Shown in pieces: positions 26,110 to 37,479 of a DNA stretch of 64,000 nt. Origin of the DNA: Pavona decussata (Eukaryota); the NCBI GenBank assembly GCA_977016875.1, contig CDRNST010000013.1:496001-560000 (forward strand), given 5' to 3'. Below the pieces are notes generated by a model. It ran no database searches, was not told the DNA's origin, and was given only the letters and a program-made list of their open reading frames with translations. A program made the translations under genes and the position numbers. The first letter of the stretch is position 1; the number at the start of each line of letters is the position of its first letter.

Positions 26110-29036
26110 TGGGTGTTTGATAATGTACCAATTTGAAACAAGTGTGTTAGGAATGGTGTACAGTGCTGTAATATTACGAAATTTGTGATTGCGGCAGTTT
26201 CACTGAACTCTTTGCATGTTTGCTCTCTTTAATCTTTTGCACAGCTTGTAGATGGATGAGGCTTGGAGTGATGATGTTACCCTTTCTCCTGTTCGTTAAT
26301 CTGGTGACACCTTGAAGGGTGTTGAAGTGCCAATTCTCTTCCTCAGTGTTTGTTGACTTTGAAGAGACAATTCTGCTTTGCTTGGCAGCATGAGCAGTTA
26401 GAGAATGCCAGTACCTACCATAAAAGTTTTTTTAAGTGAGGGAGTTGATTTCCCAATCGCTTCCTTGCAGATCATGGCATGGATGAAAGCTTGATTGTGT
26501 AGACGCAGAACTAATTTTGGACAGCATAAATGTGCTGGCAAGTACAGCAGTTGACTGAGCTCTGTCAGGGAATCCAGCAATGTCTGCATGTTGGATCTTC
26601 CTTTTCCTACAAAGGAGATATGGTCATCAGTGCATTTTAAATACCCTTAGAGCAAACATTGTGTAGCACTGAGGTAAATGAAATCGATCTCAACATTTAT
26701 TTTAGTAGCAGCGTATGATCACTAGTACCTTCTTCAATACAATCTGAATGCAAAAGGCAAAGATGATCATTACAGATATAGTTTCTTGATACACCACTCT
26801 TACCTTGGTGACCACAAAGGTAGCATTCCATGTATTATGCAGCAGAAAACCCTACAATTTACTTGTAGATGTATGTCGATATGGATGTCCCTTGCACAGT
26901 TCTCTATATGCAAAAAATTAAAATGACAGGGTATTGGTATTTGACCTATACAAATACTAAGGAGAAAACAGTTTTAGTTTAAATGGCGTGTAGCTTTTAA
27001 ATAACGAACCACAATAACAGCAGCAAGTCGATAGTCACAACCACGCAGCTTTCCTTTTCCCCCTAAGGAGTGGTAGGGTTTGGAGAAGTTAGTGGTCTGA
27101 TCTAATCTATGTCCAGACCAAAATATGTTGTAGTTTAAAACTAACCCCTAAAAACTTCACCTTTCATAATTATGTGAAAAGAGTATTAATCTACAGTGGA
27201 CCTCAGATGGTTCCTTAGAAATAATGCACTGTTAATCAGTGTTTTCTTGTCATTTATTCCCTTATGTGCAAGTTAATAGTGGTGCTGATTTTATAAATGC
27301 AAAGGCAGTTTGGTAACACTGTTCTCACTTAAACCAATATCCGCCAATGTTTTTTCTTGATCAAATAAGATCATAGCGTTGAATACCACCAATTTCCTCC
27401 TTAAGAACTTCCTGTAGTTCTTTTTTTCTGACAGGGCAGGCCTTGTGCAGTGCACTCTCTCTTTAGCTCCTCTAGACAGTCTTTAAAGGGTTTCGAGCCA
27501 CCATTTTTTTGTTTCATCCAGCGGATCCCTGCAACACCTTCTTTTACCACTCTAACAGGCTTGTGTGTGATCTGCTAAGAAACACTGCCAAGTCTTTGCA
27601 CTTTCTGGCATCACCACTGCAACTGGCACAACCAGCATTTCCACCTTTCTGTTCTCCAGCCTCAAATTCGTGCTGTGGTCAAGTTTGTATTCAGGCTTTG
27701 CAAACAGGCCTTTCTGGTGTTTATGTAGGCAAGCTATTGGACCTCAAAAAAATAAAAAAAAATCCGCACTTCACCAATATGTACACATAAGGTTTTTCCA
27801 CTTACGATTTCACATCAATGTTTTCCTGACCCTTATCCTTCATTTCTGCGTTTGAGGTAAAGTGCCTCATCATATACAACATTGACAGTCAATAAAAGGT
27901 GGCCATGATTTAGAAGAGTGGACTTGTCACCCCCAAACCATAAGATGCCTCGTCTGTTCTACTTCTTTCAGTCTTTTTTTTTTTCATCTCAGATGGACTT
28001 TCCTCCCTAGATTCTCTCCCAGCTGCCTTAGCCTGGAACTCACTTCGTCTTGTGTCATCTGATCATAGCACTCATCCCTTTGTAGACGCATCAAACCCGT
28101 TTCTTAGTGTTCTTGCAGTATATACTTTCTGATGTTCAGGAGGCGAATCTTGTGACTGAATAATGTTAATGTTTCTGTTTTTATTGTCCCCTCTTTTGTT
28201 AACACCACTTTCTTGAATGTTTGTGGTACAATCATTTCACCAAGAATGTACTTGCCACTTTCAATTTTGCTTTACAAACGAAAACAAATTTAATTTGAAT
28301 TAAATCATGTACCACGTTTTGATTAATTGGAGTACCTGTATTAGTTTATGCCTTAGTACCTGTAGTACCTGTAATGTTTTCTGCATTCAGGAGAAAAATT
28401 AATAATTAATATTATTGTTGAGGTTTTGCTTGTTTATTGTATGAGTGAGTCACCTTTATTTAGGCAGGATGTTATTGAGAGGGGCGCTGCATATCCTTAT
28501 GAATTATCAATTATTTTTATATATACAGGTATCTAAATTGCAGAAACAATATCACATTTGTTTATTTATTTATTTATTTATTTATTTTGGCTGGACCTGT
28601 ATTCTGAGAATAACCCCCTTGCATTTTCATGCAACTGTTAAATGCAGGTGTCAAGTTAACAGACTACGCCAGGAAGTTACTATTAAGAGATCATTAACCC
28701 AGGCTGTTTGTTCCCCATCAGCAGGTTTGTTTTTGTTTGCTCCAACTGCCAAACTTACCATCAAGGGCTCTCTAATCTGACTGTTTGTCTGTAGAATTGG
28801 GACTGCAATTTGTCCACCTTGCATTCGTTACAGTCATCGTTTGGGTGCTGGTTTTCCCTCTCTAAACTGCTTGAGTCTAGATAACAGCACACTTTTGTCT
28901 TCCAGAACCTCCTTGACAACCATATTTCCAGTTTTGGTCTTTTCCATAAGGCCATATTTACCTTTTTATTACAAGGCTGGAGAAGTTGATCTGAAGAATT
29001 TGTGTTGTCCTGATTAATGCTGATTGTTTATGCTGG
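26110..29036 (-). pseudogene. RAG1/Transib-related DDE transposase, multi-exon, decayed; continues beyond the ALOG element at about 34250-34400
   Basis: Manual translation: KIESGKYILGEMIVP...; TRHLMVWG.DKSTLLNHGHLLLTVNVVYDEA; FEAGEQKGGNAGCASC; ELQEVLKEEIGGIQR; GRYWHSLTAHAAKQSRIVSSKSTNTEEENWHFNTL (compare RAG1 YFHKTLAH...SEGNE). Confidence 0.6.
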
Positions 29037-29707
29037 ATAGTGTAATATTCTGCCCTGGGTATTGTTATTTATTACATGTAAATGAGGTATGCGGAATCGC
29101 TCTGGCCTGGGACAAGCCCAAACCAAGGCGAAAAGAAGTAGCATGGGTCTCAAACCCGCCTTCTTCTCGGGAAGGGTGGGCGGGATGCCAAACAATCACT
29201 GACCGTGACTAGAGCAAAGTGCATTGAATAGAGCACATGTTTGTCTTTTATACATACATTAATATTCATCCCCAGGGCATTAATTAACAATGCAAATTGA
29301 GTTTGCATAGTGTAATATTCTGCCCTGGGTATTGTTATTTATTACATGTAAATGAAGTATGCGGAATCGCTCTGGCCTTCCCCAAGCCCAGCGCCACCGC
29401 TCATCGTAAAACAATACAGAGTATCCAGCTCAGCATAACCTTTATTTAACACTCTCTTCCCAATCCTTATATCCTATATAACAAAAGAAAAAACGCTTTG
29501 GCTTGACGTATACAAAGTAAAAGAAATATCAAGTGACTATCTGCATATCCTAGACTCTCTGATAGAAACAGGAGTTCTATAACCGATACTATATCAATAT
29601 TAAGAATCAGAGTCCAAAAAACCATTATCCTCATACTTAATCTTGAAAAGCTTGCGAAAAATCTTTTCAATTATTAAGCCTTTTGTATGTCTGGCCAGTT
29701 TCAATAT

Positions 29708-30256
29708 CTAGGTCTGCCAATGTTGCAGCATATTCAACACTGACTGCCATTCGGAACCCCTTCCATGTTCCACAAAAATTGCCCGCAACTTCCCTATGAG
29801 GGAGTCCACAGTCCCAAAGGCCAGTCTCTTAGGACATTGACAAACACCCTGGCCAACTCTCTGATGTGAGAAGTTTGGGCACTCTAAAAGGTGAACCTGT
29901 GTTTTCCCCCCATGATCTTTCCAAACTAGAAAAGCTATCACATCTGCTGGGAGAGCTGAAGCCAGGGATTTTGGAGTTGCAAGATTATGCAAGAATATAG
30001 AAAATTCCCGTTCTAGAGCACTCTTTTGTTTGACATAACGCGAGGATCCCCGCTGTTGTGATAACTGATCCAAACGCTGAGCAATGTTTTCCTCATCAAT
30101 CTTGACTTTCTTGGCTTGCGGTACGATCTCGGAAACATAAGCACCACCCCTGGTATAGCCACATTGCTGACAAAACCGAAACTGCTCATCATTGGCATGA
30201 GAGCATCTAGGACAAGCCACCGACAGAGTAAAGAGCTTCGGAACTCTAGGAAGCGG
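29708..30256 (-). pseudogene. Zinc ribbon + ALOG domain (recombinase N-terminal DNA-binding domain); catalytic YR core missing
   Basis: CPRC...FCQQCGY; FLVWKDHGGKTQVHLLECPNF...CQCPKRLAFGTVDSLIGKLRAIF matches the plant ALOG pattern GKTKVHxxxC...CxCPxRxAWGSLDALIGRLRA. Confidence 0.88.
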
Positions 30257-30294
30257 CTGTAAAAAAACAAAAAACGGGAAAATCACTCAAAGAA

Positions 30295-30732
30295 TCAAAA
30301 CGATACTTTACAAGCCCAAAGATTAAACGGACAAGGCGCTGGTTTATAGCCAGACTTGGACGGTGCCAGAAGGACTCTGAAACTACCCTTTGTACCAAGG
30401 CAAACTTTAGAGGAAGAACGAGCCATCAGCTCAGTCCACCAAAAAAGGTGTGGACAGATCTCTGGGACGATAACGGTGAATGGGATCTGGAAGCCATACA
30501 AAAACCTCAAAACTGGACCAACTGATCCAAAGGGAGGGAAAACATATGGATTAGACATATTGGACATTGCACGCAAATTGTGAGAAAATAAATTGACGCC
30601 TCGCAAACGTGGACTTGAAAAAGGTGTAAAGCGTGGCAAAGGGCTTCCATCCAATCCAATTACCACATTGGAATCCAAGGCCATAAGGTCAAATGAGTGC
30701 CCACATGTGCCCCCAAATGATTGTTTCACCAA
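30295..30732 (-). pseudogene. DNA N6-adenine methyltransferase-like domain at the end of pol
   Basis: HSFDLMALDSN...GVNLFSHNL...NPYVFPPF, the xPPF motif of DIRS methyltransferase-like domains. Confidence 0.7.
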
Positions 30733-32534
30733 GGCCCATCCCCTAGCAGAAATTTTGAATCTGACTTTGACAAGCGACTTGAAGGACCATCTGCCTGGTT
30801 GTCACTAGACTTGACATGGAACAGGCTAAGCTGAAAATTGCGATATAATAGCGCGTAGAACAGGTCCTTAGAAGCCTTGGTCAATTGAGGGGACTTCTTA
30901 CTCCCTTGGCCCTCCCAAACGCCAATAAGAACAGTACTGTCAACATAAACATCAACTTGACAATCCCTCAAACTAGCGGGAAGAGCTTTTATGGCGTTTA
31001 CCAAAGCGAACATTTCTTTGGTAGAGATGTTGAGATCCCTGTGTTGCTCATCCCAGTAGTCACTTATAGTTTGTTCACCGGAGGGCAGATGAACGACACA
31101 ACCCCAGCCATGTCCCGAAGCGTCCGTAGACAAAGTCAGTCCTACGTGCTTCTCTTCTCACCATGGAAGACACTTCTGCCAAGAGTCTAAAAAACGCCAA
31201 TGCGTCAATTCTTCTCACAAGGCCAATGAGATCGAAACAAGACCATTCGCTGATGCAGATGCAATTGCTGAACTCATTTCTCTTATAAACAACTTGGTCG
31301 CAGGGACCGCCAATGAGAACGACACACATTTTCCTTAAAAACGCAAATCCACATATTTCTTACACGCCAAAATGTGCTCTCTCAAAGATGCCCAGGAAAC
31401 AATCTTCCGTTCCGGCACTAGGAAAGATTGCTTTGCAGAGTCCACTACAAGACCCAAGTACTCCAGTGAGGTAGTGGGGATGAAAACCGATTTACTAATA
31501 CCAATTGTGTAACCTAAATAAACGAGGACTGATAAGACACAAAATATTGCGGCAGTCGCTGCGTCACGTCTAAGTTGCTCCTGTCAACATGCCGGGAGGA
31601 CTGACCATGGCCCTGATGAGGTGAGGAGTTCACCATTAAGACGTCGTCTATATACAGTGAACAGGGAACACCTTGAGCTCTTAAGAAACTGGACGCTGCC
31701 AAACCTATGGTATGGTAGATGTAGGGGGAAATTTTCCATCCAAATGGAAGAGTACCACAAACAAACCAATAACCCTTCCATTCAAAACCAACATATGTCT
31801 GAGAGCATGCAGAGAGTAACACATGATCATAACCTGACTTGTCGTCGCATTTTGTCATGTAGGACCCCCTATAGACATAACTTGGAACATCGACTAATTT
31901 ATCCAGGGAAAAAAGGCATATCCCTCATCCACAAGTTCAAAAACCTAGCATCTAGGCAGAGTCTTGGTTTCATGGGTTCTACTGTTAATGGTAAAACCAA
32001 ATGAGGTGGACTATCAACCACGAGTTTCCCCCACACCCTAACTGCTCCGGTAATCGTTCGCTTCAAAATTTCCTACGACACAAATTCTGTAAATCTTTTA
32101 CATGACCCATGATTTGGAAATCGCTTTTGTGGCGGAAAGTCTGAGCAATAATTAAACCCGTTATAAGCACCCTTAAAAGGTTGACTAAAATGCCTAATGT
32201 TCACTTTATTCCGGATCCAATCACTGATTGATGCAGCAAGCGGATGACCTTCAAGAATCAACTCCCAAGCTTCAAGATGCCTGTGGATACCTCCAGCAAT
32301 GAACTTGTCTTGATCTCTTAGTCTAATTCTTCCCAGATCTGGAACAGTTTCAGAGACTAAAACATCTTTCCAATTGTAGACACAAGATGCCTTTCCCCGA
32401 TCAGGAACCCCATTTACATTAACCCAAGATTCAAACGTTCTTGGTTGCGAAGCCGGAAGGAGAAAACCAAAATCCTGAGAAAATTCATTTTCACTAACAG
32501 GCTCTTGTAATCTTAGCTTCTTGAAAGGAGGACT
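30726..32534 (-). pseudogene. pol (RT + RNase H) of the ALOG element, frameshifted
   Basis: PHLVLPLTVEPMKPRLCLDARFLNLW; DDKSGYDHV...LPFGWKISPYIYH...LYIDD; TDASGHGWG...ISTKEMFAL...NQADGPS. Confidence 0.9.
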
Positions 32535-32846
32535 CTACAGGAAGAGACAAGAGAACAACCCCAAATCAACGAATGGAAAATGGTATGCAAATGGGGTTCC
32601 CGATCAGGAAGGAGTGACTTCACACGCCTGAAAACAGTACGTCAACTGGCCACCGAGATAATTGCGGTAAGCCAACAGGAGTCACTCGCCCCAATCTAGG
32701 AATTTTGAAAAAGAAAACAGAAAACTAGAGGGAAAACCCTGACGGACACAAATGAAAACACTGATATAGATGCTACAAAAAGCATACTTTAATAAATGGA
32801 AAAGAAAATGTGCACCGAGTCAGACAATAGCCATGACGTCATGTAT

Positions 32847-33341
32847 TTATTTTAAACTGTCCCGAACAAATCTCCCTCTCTTGGCGGGAGGTCCTGCAGC
32901 TTCCCCAAAGGCTTGTCGGCGATCCGGGCAGTAACTCTGATAGTGGCCAAAACGACGGCAATGGTAACACTGCACAGAACTGAAGGAATGGCCACGCCTT
33001 CTCCCAGGAACATGATTGAACCTAGGGGTAGACAACCTCATGGACTTATCCACTTTGGACATCATGTCCAACACCTTTTCTTGATCCTTGTCACCCAGAA
33101 TGACTTCCAGGTATTTCCTGAACTGGACATCTGGGGTCGCCGATTTCTCCCTCAGGGAACGGAACGCCGCATCAAAAAACCCTGCCCTAGGGTGATTCAT
33201 TTCCTTAGCAACCATCTTTAGATTAAGTAGAAGATCTAACGCCTGATCCTTGCTGAAAGATGTAGCCTGCTAATGTGGAATCCACAGAAGCCTTTTGGGA
33301 CTCCTCCAACCTTTTTAACCTCTGCAAAAGTTATGCCTCTC
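32847..33341 (-). pseudogene. gag-like ORF with CCHC zinc knuckle
   Basis: VQCYHCRRFGHYQSYCP. Confidence 0.8.
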
Positions 33342-33418
33342 CTAGAACAAGGAAATAAAATCACAAACCTTTAAGGCTAACTCTTTCTCCCTTTACTCTT
33401 AAGCCTCATAGTCTTTAT

Positions 33419-33708
33419 TAGCCACACAGGCAAATAAATCCCTTTAGCCACACAGGCACACCAGTCTTCGGCCGCACAGGCAAACTAACTTTAGCCACAC
33501 AGGCAACTAAATCTCTTTGGCCACACAGGCAAACCAGTATCTAGCCACACAGGCAATTAAATCTCTTAAGTCTCACAGGCAAAACAGTCTTTAATCACAC
33601 AGGCAAATAAATCTCTTTAACCATACAGGCAATTAAAACTCTCTAGCCACAGAGGCAGTTAAATCCTTTAAGCCTCACAAGCAAAACAGTCTTTAGCCAC
33701 ACAAGCAA
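33419..33708. repeat. Tandem array of 12 units (23-26 bp), core tagccacacaggcaa
   Basis: Counted directly; linkers mostly of two types, a(t/a)taaatctctt and accagtctt/aacagtctt, partly alternating. Confidence 0.92.
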
Positions 33709-33865
33709 TGGAAAGTCTAATATGCACAAAATCATTTAGATAATATATGTAACGGAATGTAAGAAACCGCACCTTCCTAAGAAAGAAAACCGAAACTTAC
33801 ACGACTACTCTTGGTGAAATAACGACACTAGAAATGGCCACTAATGAAGAAAAACTACCGTTTAC

Positions 33866-34033
33866 CTCAACAGCGTTCGCCGGATTAACAGGGAGATTTT
33901 GTTGACCTGCTTGACCTTCATTTGCTTGTTCAACTCTCTGGTCCGCCAAAGCCGCCACCGGCGGAGGGATGTCAACAGCCGCTGCCAAACCCGGGACAGG
34001 AATCTCCAGGCGATGTGGAACCTGGTCAGCCAC
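33866..34033 (-). CDS. Putative 56-codon leader exon of the ALOG element
   Basis: (GTG)ADQVPHRLEIPVPGLAAAVD...NPANAVE followed by GAG|GTAAAC donor, phase 0; start is GTG, possibly a mutated ATG. Confidence 0.5.
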
Positions 34034-35559
34034 AGAGTACAGCAAAAATGACAGGCGGAGAACACAGTCGAAGAACAGAGTCGAAGGACGCCGACGAAGA
34101 AGGCGGGTTTGCAGAAGAACACACGCCAAACAATCACTGACTGTGACTAGAGCAAAGTGCATTGAATAGAGCACATGTTTGTCTTTTATACATACATTAA
34201 TATTCATCCCCAGGGCATTAATTAACAATGCAAATTGAGTTTCCATAGTTTGTTTGTTTCTCCCCTGGCCTAAGGATAATTTAATCCAGCTACTTTTCCA
34301 TGTGGTGGAGCTTTATATAATAATATTCTATAAACCCTTCATCCATTTTGTTGTGGCACATAAAATATTATAGAATTTTTTTAGCGTTGTATCTCCCCCA
34401 AAGTAAAATAGCTCTTTTATTGATTATTCAAGGAAGCAGTTCAAGGAAGCAGTTATTATTCAAATGATGTGACAGTTCCTTCGAACTGTAATTTACATGA
34501 AATCGTAACCAGTGGTTTCTAGAACAGAAACAAATACATACACTGAAGCTAACGATCGATAACAAGAATAATGCGAGCAAAAGGCAAAAACAACAATATG
34601 AAAGGCAAACAGCGAAAGGACAATATAAATGTACCTGACAGTTTGGATACATGGAAACTTGATGCATTGAAGGAACAGATAAAAAACGAATTCCGGAAAA
34701 AACTTGGTTCACTGGTGGATGTAAGGAGTTAAGAGTTGAATTTGAGAAGCAAGAAAATTGTTTTTTGTTGTTCATCTCTCGTGAGAAAATCTTGACTTAA
34801 AAAGAGCAAAACTGTTGGCCACCAGAGCCTCTCATGAGGGACTACTTTTTAATTTAATTTCCCACCTCATGAGCGGTTTTTATCTTTTTTGGAGCGCTCG
34901 TTTTTTTTGTTTTACCCACTTTTCAAGGCTTCCCCTCCTCCACACCGCTCTTTTGAGCACCATCAGACTCCCTGATTGGAGCCAAGTTTTTTTAGTCACC
35001 GTCCGGGTTGAGGCTGAACAGGCACTTCTGCCAGGCGCCAGCCCAACCATAGCTCTACCTAACAGCCCGACACCATCTTAAGGCGACATTACTAATACTT
35101 AAGCCTATGGAATAAAGGCAGGGGTTTTTCCTTATTCCATAGGTGGATTTGTATTCAGTTCATTAACAAAAGGCCCCTGCTCCAATTAATTACTGTGAAT
35201 ACTTAGCCAGTTTATATCTCGACTCAACAACCTATGTATAAAACACAGTTTAAAAAATTTCACACTTGTGGTACAAATCATGAGAATCTTTTGTTTTTAT
35301 TGGATACGTATGCACAAATTTCACACAATAAAACTTTTTGCCTGCTTAATTTTTTTTTATTTGTTCAAATTAAAACGGAAAACGAATTTCTCGATTTAAA
35401 ACTGAAAGTAAGAGGACAAGGTTTATTCAATATTTTCACAAATGCAAAGTGAGATATCAGAAGCGAGCAAGCGCCAGAATTTAATTAAAAAAACACATTG
35501 AATTAATAAATCAAAGCAACGAAACTATTGTTCAACCTGCTCGTTCTTCTCTTGTTGAA

Positions 35560-35820
35560 ATGGCAAAGACAAAGCGGATAAAAAACAGCGTAATTCTCAC
35601 AAAAAATGAATCTAAAAAAAGCGCTTGGTCTTCGTTCAGGAAAAAAAACAAAACAACTACAAAACCTTACGTTTTTACAAGAGCTGAAAGGCGAGTTGAA
35701 TTCACCACAAGAAGGCAGGCGATGGATGAAATGAATTTAAGCTCGGCAGCAATTGCTAATGCAATAAAAAATGAAAAAATTGTTATCAATGATGTTGAAT
35801 TCAAATTTGACAGAAAATAA
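35560..35820 (+). CDS. Small basic protein with possible NUMOD1-like HTH; virus/Polinton-like
   Basis: Uninterrupted ATG ORF, 86 aa; VEFTTRRQAMDEMNLSSAAIANAIKNEK pattern. Confidence 0.4.
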   Translation: MAKTKRIKNSVILTKNESKKSAWSSFRKKNKTTTKPYVFTRAERRVEFTTRRQAMDEMNLSSAAIANAIKNEKIVINDVEFKFDRK

Positions 35821-35917
35821 TTTTTTGTTATTTTCAGAGACAGTCTCTGAAAATATAAACAACCTGCTAAGGGAAAGCCCCTCATGAATATTTAAATAGT
35901 GTCAAAAACCGGAAATC

Positions 35918-36346
35918 TCATACAACCACAAGCTTCAAATTTTCTCGAGTTTTTCTCGTATAATCTTCATTGAATTTTTTCCTATGTTCAATAGCTTTCT
36001 CGGGATTATTTTGTCTCAATCGTTGGGAACATTCACTCGCTTTTTGGCGATGTTCGGGGTTGTTTTGGTAGATTGCCATGTGATTGTGAACTTCAGGATG
36101 AACTTTTTTGGAAGGATCTTTGTCGTTCTGGGAGAGAATTTTTTGTTTTTTCATCATTGATGAACAATGAATTTTTCGCTCTTTGCAAATTTTTGAGAGT
36201 TCTTTCCATTTTATTGAACTGTATTTGTTTTCTCTCTCTGTCATTAGTGTTTTGGAAGATAATTCAGCTCTTATCAATTCGCTTAATTTATTCGTGAAAA
36301 GTCGTTTAGCTTCAGCTTTTATTGTGAAAGCATTTTCAAGATCCAT
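35918..36346 (-). CDS. Lys/Arg-rich protein with possible Rho_N/HeH-like motif; virus/Polinton-like
   Basis: 142-aa intronless ORF; WKELSKICKERKI..SSMMKK; repeated YQNNPE/RQNNPE; ATG preceded directly by tatataaa. Confidence 0.45.
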   Translation of the reverse strand: MDLENAFTIKAEAKRLFTNKLSELIRAELSSKTLMTERENKYSSIKWKELSKICKERKIHCSSMMKKQKILSQNDKDPSKKVHPEVHNHMAIYQNNPEHRQKASECSQRLRQNNPEKAIEHRKKFNEDYTRKTRENLKLVVV

Positions 36347-37479
36347 TTTATATATTGGATGAAAAATTTTTGTTTTCGAATTAGCTTGAGAAAATTTCTT
36401 GGGAGATTTTAATTAATACTAGATATTAATTTTTTATTTAGCTTGAGGATTTTTTTTAAATTTTGTGTTACTTTTGGGATAAATTTTCTTGAGATCGAAA
36501 AAAAAACAGGGTAGATGGTATAAAAGGAGTCAATTCTCTCATCCGTGATCTACTTAACCATGCTTGGTCCAAAAACCACCAGATTGAATAAGACACACTC
36601 TTTCCATGTCAGTCCTCTGTCATGAGCATGATAAAAACTAACATAAATCCCCTTAATCTCTCCATAATACCCCTGTCCAATACCAGTTTTCCCCTCCCTT
36701 CATACACACTTTGTCAGGTTAGCTGGTCCCTTGAAAACAAACTCTTACTAGAAGGACAGAAATTTTTTTTCCTTATTTTGCTCTTAAAGAAAGGTATTCA
36801 TAAATATGAATAAAATATATTTACAATAGTTTTAGAATGAAAGAAAGCATGAAAATAAACTTATATTGATTAGCATCAGTGACAAACAAAAACGGAAATA
36901 GAGGGTAATTACACGAGACAATAATTTGATTTTAATAATATGATTTTAAATTTTTAAGTGTATCACAGAGTAAGAAAAAGGTATAATAAGTTATGGGATT
37001 CCAATAATGGAAATGGGAATGGGAAATAAAGTTGTTATTGTTCTATTCCGATGCAATTAAAAAGACATCCCAATTTTATCTCATCAATGAATGTAAATAT
37101 ATGAAACATATTTTAAACTGGGGATGAAAGATCGAATAGAAGAAAGATCCTAGCAGTTAAATAGGTAAATATATGTTTACGTTCATTTAATCATCCTTCA
37201 CAGTTTCGTCAAGGCGAAACATGTGCGATCTTAAACAAGATCTGCAAATCATCACATGAGCTGTAGACGTTCTCAGAAATTTTTGTGTGCTCCTGGGAAT
37301 CCACTTTACAATAAAACGTCACTTGCAATCATAATTACTGATTGTAAGGAAGCTTATTGAATTGATCATTGAAAAAGTTCTACTGTTAGTTTTGAAACTT
37401 GGTATGTTTGGTGATAAAACGTCCACAACAGTTTAACGCCAGATAAATGTCAGCCTGATGCTCATATGATTCCAGCTTA

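Larger units (their letters stand above)
29037..34249 (-). mobile_element. ALOG-domain DIRS-group retrotransposon with split direct repeats (A1-ORFs-B1-A2-B2), both ends intact
   Basis: Repeat A 34125-34249 matches 29187-29311; repeat B 29307-29378 matches 29037-29108; encodes gag, RT/RNase H, methyltransferase-like and ALOG domains. Confidence 0.93.

Noticed and set aside
33419-33708. CRISPR-like repeat/spacer appearance
   Set aside because: Linkers are only about 8-11 bp and are related to each other, there are no cas genes, and the context is eukaryotic; treated as a tandem array.
33790-33800. Alternative strong donor GTAAGT at the end of ORF 33797-34246
   Set aside because: Phase 2; not in frame with the pol or ALOG acceptors and hits a stop after the gag acceptor, so not used in the splicing model, though it could be a minor site.
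34797-36787. Possible TTAA-flanked TIR pair (aagagcaaaa / ttttgctctt) around the virus-like ORFs
   Set aside because: Only about 10 bp match in AT-rich sequence; not enough to define an element.
37075-37200. tRNA gene or intact tRNA-derived SINE
   Set aside because: Only flanking-type sequence remains; no cloverleaf or A/B boxes visible.
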